Assembly: GCA_963667015.2 (NCBI GenBank)
Contig: CAXXJJ010000004.1
Coordinates: forward strand, 3,200,001-3,264,000
Length of the DNA: 64,000 nucleotides
Reading direction: 5' to 3'
From: Desulfatiglandales bacterium
Lineage (GTDB): Bacteria > Desulfobacterota > DSM-4660 > Desulfatiglandales > HGW-15
In this document: positions 48,941-59,215 of the stretch, piece by piece
Layout: the number at the start of each line of letters is the position of its first letter
Numbering within the stretch: position 1 is the stretch's first letter
Made by a program: the position numbers and the translations under genes
The notes under the pieces: generated by a model
Database searches by the model: none
Told to the model about the DNA's origin: nothing
Seen by the model: the letters and a program-made list of their open reading frames with translations, nothing else

Positions 48941-49552
48941 ATTTTAACAACTCAAAGGAAGCCATGCTTAAGGTTGCCGATTTTTTTGATTCCAGAAAGG
49001 TCGGCAATATCGGCCCTCTTGGTTTCAGGCGATCATCTGACCTGGATAGGCTCCTGGCAGGCATAGGGGCGCTGCAAAACAAAAAATATCCTGTGTTCCT
49101 CAGGCCTTAATTTTCTGGATATGGGCTGCGGAGATGGAAGAGTAAACATACTTTTAAGCTATATTGCAGGTAAATCCATTGGTATTGAGCTGGATGAATG
49201 GACTCTGGATGACTATTCCCCGCTGAGAAAAGAACTCGACAAAAAACTGATTGAACATTGTCTGCCTTTACCCCCTGACAATATCCACCTGTTTGAAGGA
49301 GACTCTCTTGATCCTGACCTTCACGGCCGGGTAAAAAGCAGGACCGGTGTGGCAATCGAAGATATAGACCTATTCTATACCTATCTGACCCTGCATGTAG
49401 AAATTGCCGAATTAATATCACAAAAGGCAAAATCCGGTGCTGTTTTCATGGTATATGGCCTGGAAAAAATCATGCCCAGATACAGCGGGCTTGAATTGCT
49501 TACCCCGGACGGCCCCCTTGAGGGAATAATCGCTGTTTATAAAAAAATCTGA
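48937..49552 (+). CDS. Class I SAM-dependent methyltransferase-like protein, +1 frameshift in the A6 run at 49081-49086
   Basis: ATG overlaps the upstream TGA (ATGA); first frame stops at 49110; deleting one A gives ..NKNILCSSGLNFLDMGCGDGRV..IGIELD, 204 aa. Confidence 0.7.
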
Positions 49553-49586
49553 AATGATTATTTTTTTATAAATTTCACGCTATTAT

Positions 49587-51710
49587 TTAATCAGGAAACT
49601 GCTGATTCTCAAGGGCTTCCCTGATCTTTACTGCAAAATCCTTTTTTGAAAAAGGCTTCTGGATAAAACATACTCCCTTATCCAGAACGCCTCTATGCGC
49701 AATAACATTTGCAGTGTAGCCGGACATGTACAGCACCTTCAAATCCGGATAGAACAACCTGACCCGGCTTGCCAGATCGCGGCCGTTCATCTCAGGCATA
49801 ATCACATCAGTGACAAGAAGATCTATTTTTTCCCGGAACTCCCTTATCAGCCCGAGCGCCTCACCCGGCGTTGAGGCGAATACTGCCCTGTACTTCAGCT
49901 TCTCAAGCATCCTGAGGCCCATTTTAAGTATGGACTTATCATCTTCAACAATGAGCACGGTCTCTCCCTGACTCATGGGGGTTTCTGTAAAAAGTGCTTT
50001 GGGCTCCTCTGACAGATCTCCTGCATATAAAGGAAGATAAATTGCAAATGTAGTTCCCTTATCCTTTTCACTGTAAACATTAATCATGCCTTCATTCTGT
50101 TTGACTATTCCGTAAACCGTTGAAAGCCCAAGCCCGGTCCCCTTCCCTACCCCTTTTGTTGTAAAGAAAGGATCAAAGATATTCTGCAGGGTTTTCGCAT
50201 CCATACCGATACCGTTATCACTCACTGAAAGTACAGCATAGTCACCCGGGGTAAATTCAGAATGCTCTTTACAGTAATCTTCATCAATTGATGTATGATC
50301 AGTCTCGATTGTTAATTTGCCAATTCCTTTTATTGCATCCCTGGCGTTTACGCATAGATTTGCCATTATCTGGTTTACCTGTATGGGATCAATATTAACC
50401 TGCAATGATTCTCTACAGGGGAACCATGCCAGATCAATATCCTCACCTATCAGCCTTCTGATCATTTTCAGCATACTCTCAACGGTTCCGTTCATATCGA
50501 TCACCCTGGGATTTGCAGTCTGTTTTCTGGCAAATGCCAGCAACTGGCGGGTAATGTCAGAGGAATGTTTAGCCGCACCCAGGATTTCCAGCAGATCATC
50601 ATAAACAGTATCCCCGGGCTCATGGGTTTCAAGCAGGATCTCAGTATAACCTATGATAACACCGAGCATATTATTAAAATCATGGGCTACTCCGCCTGCA
50701 AGACGGCCGACCGATTCCATTTTCTGGGCCTGCAGAAGCTGATTCTGCAGCCTGTCTCTGTCTTTTTCAGCCTTTTTCTGCTCTGTAATATTCCGCGTTA
50801 CAGAAAGCATCACCTGTTTTCCATCCAGCATCATTGCCTCTGCGGAAAAAAGGGTATCAATTATCTCGCCCGAATGGACCCTCATTCTGACTTCTTTTTC
50901 ATAAACACGCCCATTTTTCTTTATCTCTTTTACAAGGAGTTCCCTCTCCTGAGGGTCAAGCCAGCTGTTTATATCCCGCGAAGTTTTACCGATAATCTCT
51001 TCCCTGCTGTAACCCATTGCATCGAGAAAGGCTTTATTAACTTCGATATACTTACCATCCTCAATACCGCTTATAACAATCCACACCGGTACAGACTGAA
51101 AGGTTTTCTCATATTTTTCCAGTGACTGCCTTAATGCCTCTTCTGCCTTTTTTCTTTCACTTATATCCCTGCTTAAACCCTGAAGACCTGTTGGCCGGCT
51201 ATTTTCATCAAATATTATTTTACCTCTTATTTCCAGAGGCAGAGGGGTCCGGTTTTTATCTAACAAGGCAGCCTCAAAAATCACCCCCTCGCTATCAGGC
51301 CCTTTTTCAAGCTCATCAGATATTATTTTTTCCATTTTTTTGTAATTTTCTTCATCACAATAATCGGACAGGCGGCTTCCGACCCACTCTTCAACCTCAT
51401 AGCCGGTGAGTTGAAAAATAGCCGGGTTTACATAGGTAAACTCAAGATCCATATTCATTGTCCAGATAACATCAAGGGTGTTTTCAGAAAGAAGCCGATA
51501 TTTTTCTTTTTCACGGGCCAGCTGTTTCTCGATAGATCCTGCCCTTTTTACAGTAATAAAAAATATAATGCCCCCGACAAAAAACAAAATACCAATAAGG
51601 AAGTGTGAACTGTATGGAAAAAGGACATAGGCTGCAAATAACAGCATCATTGCGGAAAAACCGTACAAACTACCCCGTGTAATACTCATTGGCTGTTTTT
51701 TAAATATCAT
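49587..51710 (-). CDS. Membrane-anchored hybrid sensor histidine kinase (2 PAS, HisKA, HATPase, REC)
   Basis: GGVAHDFNNML, NLCVNARDA, DNGIGM, FTTKGVGKGTGLGL, VTDVIMPEMNG. Confidence 0.95.
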   Translation of the reverse strand: MIFKKQPMSITRGSLYGFSAMMLLFAAYVLFPYSSHFLIGILFFVGGIIFFITVKRAGSIEKQLAREKEKYRLLSENTLDVIWTMNMDLEFTYVNPAIFQLTGYEVEEWVGSRLSDYCDEENYKKMEKIISDELEKGPDSEGVIFEAALLDKNRTPLPLEIRGKIIFDENSRPTGLQGLSRDISERKKAEEALRQSLEKYEKTFQSVPVWIVISGIEDGKYIEVNKAFLDAMGYSREEIIGKTSRDINSWLDPQERELLVKEIKKNGRVYEKEVRMRVHSGEIIDTLFSAEAMMLDGKQVMLSVTRNITEQKKAEKDRDRLQNQLLQAQKMESVGRLAGGVAHDFNNMLGVIIGYTEILLETHEPGDTVYDDLLEILGAAKHSSDITRQLLAFARKQTANPRVIDMNGTVESMLKMIRRLIGEDIDLAWFPCRESLQVNIDPIQVNQIMANLCVNARDAIKGIGKLTIETDHTSIDEDYCKEHSEFTPGDYAVLSVSDNGIGMDAKTLQNIFDPFFTTKGVGKGTGLGLSTVYGIVKQNEGMINVYSEKDKGTTFAIYLPLYAGDLSEEPKALFTETPMSQGETVLIVEDDKSILKMGLRMLEKLKYRAVFASTPGEALGLIREFREKIDLLVTDVIMPEMNGRDLASRVRLFYPDLKVLYMSGYTANVIAHRGVLDKGVCFIQKPFSKKDFAVKIREALENQQFPD

Positions 51711-52114
51711 CAGTACTCCACACTTTTTGTGTAATAATTTTCCTGACTGATATGAAGACTCGAATGTTGAGTTTTAAGACTCTATAATTTTATTACTAAG
51801 CGCAAGGTCTACTGCCGCATCGCCCGGGACGAGGCTGATCATTCCCTGCTTGATTATACCCATCGGATTTTATCGGCAGAATATATTTACAATTTCAATT
51901 AGGGTTGAGGATGGGCCCGATGAATACTTTCAACACAAAAGCGTCTCAAGGGTGTTTCTCTTTTATGACTATTCTTGTTACCCGTTTTGAGTATTTTCTT
52001 TACCTTGATAAAAACTGCACTCAATGAAATAATGCGTTTATAATTATAATTGGAGATATTCTTGCAGATGAAACAAAAAAGCACAAGTCGTTTATTTAAC
52101 CCGGATTTAATATA

Positions 52115-54826
52115 ATGGCAGGGACAAGATATCGTTATCCCCGCTCAAGAGGAAAATACAGAGAAAGCAGTTCGTTTAAGCAGGAAAAATTGTTTTATGA
52201 GAACTGCAGGATTGATCCTGTCCTGAAGGACAGTTTCAGAAAAATAGGCAAACCTGAGCCGGAACCATTTAAGCCCGACCCGTTTCAGCTTGAAGCCCTT
52301 GAGAAGGTAAAAGACGGCGATGTCCTGGTAAGCGCCCCTACCGGATCAGGCAAGACCTGGATTGCCATACAGGCTATAAAGAGAAATCTGCAGGAAAACC
52401 TCAGAACCTGGTATGCATCACCGCTTAAGGCCCTGTCAAACTCGCTCTACCAGGAATTTTCGGAAGAGTTCGGACCGGCATCATGCGGAATACTCACCGG
52501 TGAAAGGAAGGAAAACACTGACGCCCCTGTAATAGTGGGAACAACCGAGATCCTTCGAAACCAGCTCTATGACAACATGCATGAAGGCACAAGTCTGGGG
52601 AGCGACCTTGTAATCCTTGATGAGGCCCATTACCTGAGCGACCCGGATCGAGGCGTTGTATGGGAGGAGGTGCTTATTTATCTGCCCCCGAGGGTGAGGT
52701 TGCTGCTCTTATCGGCCACGGTATCCAATGCAGATGAGGTTTGCGCCTGGCTCATGCAAAACAGGAAGGCAAAGGCATATGTTGTGAAGGCCAGTGAAAG
52801 GCCTGTCCCCTTAAAAAACCTGTTCCTCTTTCCGGATGGCTTCATCACCCCCCTTTCAGGTAAAAACGAGCTTTCACCAAAGGTTAAAAAATTTGTAATG
52901 GCACAGCCATCCCGCGGAAGAAACAGGAGAGAGGAGAGGCCCGGGTATGACAGCATTATTTCATGCCTCAGAAAACAGAACCTTCTTCCCGCGATTTTTT
53001 TTCTCAAATCCCGGATGGACTGCGATAATGCCCTCGCAATGTGCCACCACCTGAATTTCAAGGATGAAAGAAAATCCCTGATAAGGGATGAAATTAAAAA
53101 TTTCTTAAAAGAATACCCGCACCTTGAAAACCACCGTCACCTGGACCTGATGATAAATACCCTTGCGGCATCACACCACGCAGGACATCTCCCCTACTGG
53201 AAGGTCCTCATTGAAAAGATGATGAACAAAGGTTACCTGGATGCCATCTTCTCGACATCCACGGTCGCGGCAGGTGTAAATTTCCCTGCCCGCACCGTCG
53301 TTCTTGTCCAGAGTGATAAGTTTAACGGCACCGCCTTCGCTGATTTGACCTCAACCGAACTTCACCAGATGACAGGACGTGCCGGCAGAAGGGGTATGGA
53401 CAATATCGGTTTTGCAATGGTAATCCCGGGTATTCATCAGGACCCGAGGCTGATTCACGATTTGAGCAATTCAGAACCGGAGCCTCTTGTAAGCCAGATC
53501 CGCATCAATTTCTCCATGGTTTTAAACCTCTTATTATCCCACATCCCGGATGATATAAGGACCCTCCTGAAACTCTCCTTTGCGAGGCATCACCAGAGGG
53601 ATAATGAGACATGGATGCAGAAGTATCTTGATGACATAGTCAATACTTTAAGCGCCCTGCTGCCTGACAGCAACTGTGACAACAGTGATCCATACGAAGT
53701 CTCCGAGCTGATAAATGAAAGATCGGATCTGAAACGAATGAAAAAGAGAGTTAAAAAGGCGCCTGAAAGGGATTCTTTCATAAATTCCATAAAGCCCCTG
53801 CTTGAGAAAGGAAGGGTGTTCAGGAACCGGAGCGGATCGGATCTTATTCTTTTCCGCAAAATAACCTACAGAGGCAGGATACTTTGTTTTGCCCTTGAGA
53901 CAGAAAAAATGATCCGCATCAAAAAGGGTAAGCCGCGCCTGAGGAGGGTAGCCCTTGAAAAGATAGAATATCTCTATGACAGGGTTGTAAACATCCCGGA
54001 TGAAGATGATATCAACGCGCTTCAACAGCTTATCGACGAACTTGAAGATGAGGATCTCGAAATCCTGGATACGGATAACCTTGCAGATAAAAACGGCAAA
54101 GAGGCACTCAGAGCTATAGATTACCGGATTAATAATCTTCCGTGCGTCGGCTGCCGTTCTCTTCCTGCGTGCAATCCGGGCAGAAACAAACCCCTGAAGA
54201 AGGCTCTGAGTAATTTCAAATCCGTATCCCATATGATCGATAATATGGGTGAAACACTGTGGATCAGCTTTAAACGGCATTTGAGGTTTTTAATGGAAAC
54301 AGGATTTGTGGATGAAACCGGAAGACTCACACAGGACGGCATATGGGCCTCAAAACTCAGGCTGGATCAGCCTCTGCTGATTGCCGAGGCCATAAGAAAT
54401 GACGGATTCAAGGACACCTCTCCCGAGGTTCTTGCAGGGCTGATAGCCCTCTTTGTCTGGGACAGGACACAGGAGGTTGAAGCCAGGCTGGGGGACTTTG
54501 ATGACCTGGACATAATGCTGGATGCATTTGACCGGCTCATGGAAAGCATGGAGGAGATAATGCTCCTTATGGACAGAAAAGAATTTCACTATCCCCGGAT
54601 CATGTTCTGGCCCGGTGCAGCGCTGTTCCAGTGGTCCAAGGGCATTTCCTGGGAAACGCTGCTCAGGTGCATACCTGTCGGTGAAGGAGATATGGCTTCG
54701 CTTATAGTAAGGACTGCGGACCATTTAAGGCAGGTTCTGAATCTGCGGGATACACATCCTGCTCTGGCCCGGACGGCCAGGGAGGCCATTGACCTTATAT
54801 TAAGAGAGCCGGTTTTTCTACCCTGA
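52115..54826 (+). CDS. Ski2/HelY-like DEAH-box SF2 helicase
   Basis: APTGSGKT, SPLKALSN, DEAH, LSAT, HHAG, AAGVNFPART, QMTGRAGRRG, EGD near the C-terminus. Confidence 0.92.
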   Translation: MAGTRYRYPRSRGKYRESSSFKQEKLFYENCRIDPVLKDSFRKIGKPEPEPFKPDPFQLEALEKVKDGDVLVSAPTGSGKTWIAIQAIKRNLQENLRTWYASPLKALSNSLYQEFSEEFGPASCGILTGERKENTDAPVIVGTTEILRNQLYDNMHEGTSLGSDLVILDEAHYLSDPDRGVVWEEVLIYLPPRVRLLLLSATVSNADEVCAWLMQNRKAKAYVVKASERPVPLKNLFLFPDGFITPLSGKNELSPKVKKFVMAQPSRGRNRREERPGYDSIISCLRKQNLLPAIFFLKSRMDCDNALAMCHHLNFKDERKSLIRDEIKNFLKEYPHLENHRHLDLMINTLAASHHAGHLPYWKVLIEKMMNKGYLDAIFSTSTVAAGVNFPARTVVLVQSDKFNGTAFADLTSTELHQMTGRAGRRGMDNIGFAMVIPGIHQDPRLIHDLSNSEPEPLVSQIRINFSMVLNLLLSHIPDDIRTLLKLSFARHHQRDNETWMQKYLDDIVNTLSALLPDSNCDNSDPYEVSELINERSDLKRMKKRVKKAPERDSFINSIKPLLEKGRVFRNRSGSDLILFRKITYRGRILCFALETEKMIRIKKGKPRLRRVALEKIEYLYDRVVNIPDEDDINALQQLIDELEDEDLEILDTDNLADKNGKEALRAIDYRINNLPCVGCRSLPACNPGRNKPLKKALSNFKSVSHMIDNMGETLWISFKRHLRFLMETGFVDETGRLTQDGIWASKLRLDQPLLIAEAIRNDGFKDTSPEVLAGLIALFVWDRTQEVEARLGDFDDLDIMLDAFDRLMESMEEIMLLMDRKEFHYPRIMFWPGAALFQWSKGISWETLLRCIPVGEGDMASLIVRTADHLRQVLNLRDTHPALARTAREAIDLILREPVFLP

Positions 54827-54858
54827 TTTTTTTACTTTTGAACCTTTTTGGTGGAAAT

Positions 54859-56397
54859 ATGAATCAGGCCTCAAAAACAGGGACAATACTGGTTACAGGC
54901 GCAACCGGCTATGTTGGCGGCAGGCTTGTGGGGCGTCTTTTATCTGCGGGATACCGGGTAAGGGCACTTGCCCGTTCCATGGACAAACTCAGGGGCCGAT
55001 CATGGTCCGAAAATCCCGGGATAGAACTCATTCAGGCAGACCTTCTTAAACCGGAATCGCTGCCGGGTGCAATAAAGGGCTGTCATACGGCATATTACCT
55101 TGTACATTCAATGAACCCGCAGCAAAAGAAGGACTTTGCGCGGGCAGACAGGCTCGCTGCAGGGAATTTTATCCAGGCCGCTTCTGAAACCGATCTTAAA
55201 AGAATCATCTATCTTGGAGGGGTAGGAAGGAATATGCCTGACCTGAGTCCTCATCTGAAAAGCAGGGCCGAGGTAGCAGGGATACTGGGCTCCGGAACAG
55301 TACCGCTTACCGCACTTTACGCCGCACATATCCTGGGCTCGGGGAGCGCATCATTCGAGATCCTCCGCTACCTTGTGGAGCGTTTTCCGCTTATGATAAT
55401 CCCTTCCTCAATTATAGATACCAGGATACAGCCCATCAGCATAAGGAATGTCCTTAATTACCTGGTAGGCTGCCTTGAAAAAGAGGAGATCACAGGATGT
55501 TCCTTTGATATCGGGGGGCCTGATATACTTACATACAGGCAACTCCTTGAGACTTACGCCACCCTGGTTGGTATCAGAAAACCGGTCATCCTTTCTCCGG
55601 GGATACTTGCAAATTCATCATTAGTTAAAAATTTAAGTTTTTTCCTTGCACGGCGTGCACTGCCTGTTCCACCGAGTATTTCAGCTCCCCTGCTGGAAGG
55701 GGCAGGGAATGAAGCCATAGCCGCGGAAAACAGGATCCGGGAAATTATTCCGCAAAAACTTATGACATGCAGCGAGGTGATAAGACGGGCAATTCAAAAG
55801 GATTCCCTGCAGATAGTTGAAACACGGTGGACAGACGCGGGAGAGGTAAACCCTCCGGAATGGGCTCAGAAAGGTGATGCCCCCTATGCCGGGGGCACTC
55901 TTCTCCAGAGCGGCTTCAGGGTAAAGCTGGAGGCCCTTCCTGAACAGATATGGCCGGCAATTCGAAGGATGGGGGGAAACAACGGCTATTATTTTGGTGA
56001 CATCCTGTGGAAGATAAGGGGCTGGATGGACACGATGGCAGGCGGGGTAGGCTTGAGACGCGGCCGCAGGCATCCCGAATATCTTCAGGTGGGAGATGCC
56101 CTGGATTTTTGGCGTGTACTTGATGTAACACCGCCAGAAAGACTGATACTGGTAGCAGAGATGAAACTGCCCGGGGAGGCAATCCTGGACATCAACATTA
56201 TTCAGGATGGAGACACGTCGGAACTTCGATTCGGGACAAGATTCAGGCCCAGGGGGCTTTATGGCGTGTTTTACTGGTATTCGCTCCTCCCTGCACATGA
56301 CCTCCTCTTCGGAGGAATGTTAAAGGCCATTGCAGGAAAGGTAGGTTGTCCTATTTTAAAGGGACCGGAGACCTTTAAACCGGGACCTATCTGGTAG
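54859..56397 (+). CDS. NAD(P)-binding SDR-like protein with C-terminal DUF2867 (YbjT-like)
   Basis: VTGATGYVGG, YYLVHSM, GSGSASFE, GDALDFWRV, AEMKLPGEA. Confidence 0.88.
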   Translation: MNQASKTGTILVTGATGYVGGRLVGRLLSAGYRVRALARSMDKLRGRSWSENPGIELIQADLLKPESLPGAIKGCHTAYYLVHSMNPQQKKDFARADRLAAGNFIQAASETDLKRIIYLGGVGRNMPDLSPHLKSRAEVAGILGSGTVPLTALYAAHILGSGSASFEILRYLVERFPLMIIPSSIIDTRIQPISIRNVLNYLVGCLEKEEITGCSFDIGGPDILTYRQLLETYATLVGIRKPVILSPGILANSSLVKNLSFFLARRALPVPPSISAPLLEGAGNEAIAAENRIREIIPQKLMTCSEVIRRAIQKDSLQIVETRWTDAGEVNPPEWAQKGDAPYAGGTLLQSGFRVKLEALPEQIWPAIRRMGGNNGYYFGDILWKIRGWMDTMAGGVGLRRGRRHPEYLQVGDALDFWRVLDVTPPERLILVAEMKLPGEAILDINIIQDGDTSELRFGTRFRPRGLYGVFYWYSLLPAHDLLFGGMLKAIAGKVGCPILKGPETFKPGPIW

Positions 56398-57433
56398 AAG
56401 TCATCCTTTTATAAAGACCTGAAAGGAGATTAAGGACCTCTTCGGAATCTTCCTCTTTCATTGTTCCCATCCCGCACGCGGGTGTAAGGATGGACGCGGC
56501 CTGGACCATATCCTTATCCAGTCCAAGGTTATACAGGGCATCAAGGCCTTTATTAAGTATAGCATACAGCGCATCAAGATCTCCCTGTCCGGCAGAATCT
56601 CCGGTTGGGACGATACCCCATGCAATTGTTCCGCCTCCCTTGATAAACCGGGAAATATCATTCGGGTAAAGGAGAAAGTAATCCAGGAAGGAAAAGGCAT
56701 CAAAGTTGATGATGTCTGGTCCGGCATCTACAATCATGGACCAGTCCGTGTTTCCACAGCAGTGAATCCCTACCAGGGCATCCGATTTTTCTTTTATATA
56801 GTCTATAACCTCTTTAAGCAGGCTTACCACCTCATGACGTTCTATCGGTGAAAAGGCTGATCCGAATCCGGAAAGATAGGGCTCATCCAGAAAGATAATA
56901 ACCTTCTTCCCTGTTTTTTCCAGTTCCCTTACCTGCCAGAGAGACTTTATTGCAAGCCCCTTGGTAAATGCCTCCAGGAGGTCGGGATTTCCTAAAATGG
57001 CCTTTCCTTCCTCATCCTTTATACTGGCGGCAAAGGTCACGGGCCCTGTGGTATGCCCCTTTATATATTTACCATAGTTATCGGGGTTCTCCGATACAAG
57101 TTCAATCTGCCTGTAAAGACCCGGGGCATAATCCCTGCTGACCGAAAAATAATCCACATCATCTGAAAGATAGTGGCTGTAGAACTTCACAAGGGCCTCT
57201 TCGGTATCTTCCGCTGATACACTGATCAATTTTCTTTCGGTATTTATACTGACCAGGGGCAGCCCTTCGGTGAACTGTATGTTCATATCTTCAACGGGGC
57301 TTCTTTTGACCATCTGGGGCCAGAAGGGGATTGAAATAAGTTCAAGTATCTTACTGCATGTCTTATCTGTATCTGTCCACGGGACACTGCCTATGCCCGT
57401 TGTCTTAAAATAAAAATCAGGTTTACTGCCCAT
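56387..57433 (-). CDS. Core (catalytic-domain-only) MetE-like methionine synthase, MesB-like
   Basis: TGIGSVP, IPFWPQ, KGHTTGPVT, FLDEP, GIHCCG, NFDA, WGIVPT, TPACG; AGGAG RBS before ATG 57433 (track start 57508). Confidence 0.8.
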   Translation of the reverse strand: MGSKPDFYFKTTGIGSVPWTDTDKTCSKILELISIPFWPQMVKRSPVEDMNIQFTEGLPLVSINTERKLISVSAEDTEEALVKFYSHYLSDDVDYFSVSRDYAPGLYRQIELVSENPDNYGKYIKGHTTGPVTFAASIKDEEGKAILGNPDLLEAFTKGLAIKSLWQVRELEKTGKKVIIFLDEPYLSGFGSAFSPIERHEVVSLLKEVIDYIKEKSDALVGIHCCGNTDWSMIVDAGPDIINFDAFSFLDYFLLYPNDISRFIKGGGTIAWGIVPTGDSAGQGDLDALYAILNKGLDALYNLGLDKDMVQAASILTPACGMGTMKEEDSEEVLNLLSGLYKRMTSTR

Positions 57434-57459
57434 TAATCTTTCTCCTGTAAAATCATATA

Positions 57460-58410
57460 CTATTCGGAGAGACCTTCTCTTGCCAGATCTTTGATATTCA
57501 TACGCCATGTATCAAGGAGTGAAATCATCCTTTCTTTTTTCAGGCGGATGGTGTCTTCAACCTTTAGCTCTTCCGGTTCATCCTTTTGTTCCATCATTGC
57601 TGATATTTCATCAAGCCTTGACGTCAGGGAAGCGTCTTCCGGATTCTTTTCTACCAGCTTCTCATATATTTCCCTGGCCTCATCAAGCTTACCTTGGTCA
57701 AAATATGTCTCTGCGAGGGATGCAGTGACAATCTCGGGGAATTCATCCGGTTCCGGAGCTTCCACTATATCCGGTTTTTCAGGTTCCTGTACCTCCATTA
57801 TCTCCGGGGCGTCCGGTTCCTGAATATCCATTATTTCAGGGGGCTCCTGCTCTTGAACCTCCATCGTATCCGGAGTTTCCGGCTCCTGCGGTGCCACTAT
57901 TTCAGTATCAACCGGGTCCTCAAACTCTATTGCTTTAATATCAGCAGATTCCTCCAGCTCCAGGATATCAGTATCAATCTTCTCTTCGGCAAGTTCTATT
58001 GCTTCAACCGCGCTTGTCGCCATTAACTCTTCAAGAAGTATAGCTGTCTCTTCGTCCTCGGGGAAAATCGCAAGATATTTTTTAAGGCTTTTAGCCGCAT
58101 CATCTTCCCTCTTCTGACGCGCATATATCCCGGCCTGCGACCTGTATGCATCTGCAAGGGTTTTTATCCCCTCTATTACCCTGCAGAATTCAGCTTCCGC
58201 CTCCATGATGCGCCCGTCAGCAAGGTAGGCCCCGGCAAGTATCTTTCTCAGGGCAAGATCCTCCGGAAACCTCGAAACGGCCCTGAGGCATTCCCTTATA
58301 ACTATATTATGCATTCCCTTCTCATTCATGATTGTCAGCAATACATGAAGTGTTCCCTGGGAAGGATTATTTTCAAGTATTTCATTAATGCTGTTTTCCG
58401 GGATATCCAT
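57460..58410 (-). CDS. Tetratricopeptide-repeat protein with acidic repeat linker
   Basis: TPR-like helices (LAGAYL, LADAY, TASLAETYFDQG..A..IYEKL); E/P-rich linker. Confidence 0.8.
   Translation of the reverse strand: MDIPENSINEILENNPSQGTLHVLLTIMNEKGMHNIVIRECLRAVSRFPEDLALRKILAGAYLADGRIMEAEAEFCRVIEGIKTLADAYRSQAGIYARQKREDDAAKSLKKYLAIFPEDEETAILLEELMATSAVEAIELAEEKIDTDILELEESADIKAIEFEDPVDTEIVAPQEPETPDTMEVQEQEPPEIMDIQEPDAPEIMEVQEPEKPDIVEAPEPDEFPEIVTASLAETYFDQGKLDEAREIYEKLVEKNPEDASLTSRLDEISAMMEQKDEPEELKVEDTIRLKKERMISLLDTWRMNIKDLAREGLSE
57730..57897 (-). repeat. About five degenerate 33-bp (11-aa) tandem repeats
   Basis: VAPQEPETPDT/MEVQEQEPPEI/MDIQEPDAPEI/MEVQEPEKPDI/VEAPEPDEFPEI. Confidence 0.75.
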
Positions 58411-58437
58411 GGTGACCTCTTTGCATATTAAACGGAA

Positions 58438-58737
58438 TTATTTATCATCCTCGGTAAATCTGTAAATTACTTCATCCTTTTTTACAAGGCCAAGCTCTTT
58501 TCTGGCGGTTGACTCTATATATTCCCTGTCATTGCGCAGCCTGTCAATCTCTTCTTCCAGCTCTTTATTGGCAAGTTCGAGCTTTTGTATTCTTCCAAGA
58601 TATTCCTCGCGCTCCTTATCCATCTTGTACAGATAAATAAATCCCCTGTCTCCAAACGCCAGCCAGGACACAACCAGGATTACAAAAAACAGCCCCAGTA
58701 ATAATGCCTTGAAAAATTTCTTTTTAATAATCTTCAA
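58438..58737 (-). CDS. ftsB: Septum formation initiator FtsB/DivIC
   Basis: TM, FGDRG, coiled coil, IESTARKELGLVKKDE. Confidence 0.9.
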   Translation of the reverse strand: MKIIKKKFFKALLLGLFFVILVVSWLAFGDRGFIYLYKMDKEREEYLGRIQKLELANKELEEEIDRLRNDREYIESTARKELGLVKKDEVIYRFTEDDK

Positions 58738-58790
58738 ATCCGCTGTTCCCCGGAATTAAGAATTCATAATAATCCGACAAACCAATAGGA

Positions 58791-59210
58791 TTACAGTAAT
58801 TCGTCCGACCTCCACCTTGCTGCAATTACAATGGAATTAATGCCGGCATTTTTCGCCAGATCCATTATCTCGACCACTTTCCCGTGCCTTACGTCACTGT
58901 CAGCCTGAAGAACAAGGTGAAGCATTCCCCTGTTTTTCACCTCTTCAAGCAGTCGCCCTTTAAGGGTCTCCATATCAATTTTCGTGCCTTCAAGGTATAC
59001 ATTTGAATCCTTATCCACATTTATTATTATCCGATTTTCTGAATCAGGGCCTGCCGTCTTTTTTGTTACCCTGGGAAGCTTTATCTGCACACCGGCTGCA
59101 ATGTCATAGTGGGATGTGACCATAAAAAAAATCAGGAGCAGAAACACTATATCAACAAGAGGCGCAATGCCTATGTTCGGCTCATCATCTTTCTTTTTCC
59201 TGAATCTCAT
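58791..59210 (-). CDS. exbD: ExbD/TolR-family protein
   Basis: APLVDIVFLLLIFFMV, LQAD..VRHGKVVEIMD. Confidence 0.9.
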   Translation of the reverse strand: MRFRKKKDDEPNIGIAPLVDIVFLLLIFFMVTSHYDIAAGVQIKLPRVTKKTAGPDSENRIIINVDKDSNVYLEGTKIDMETLKGRLLEEVKNRGMLHLVLQADSDVRHGKVVEIMDLAKNAGINSIVIAARWRSDELL

Positions 59211-59215
59211 ATCAC

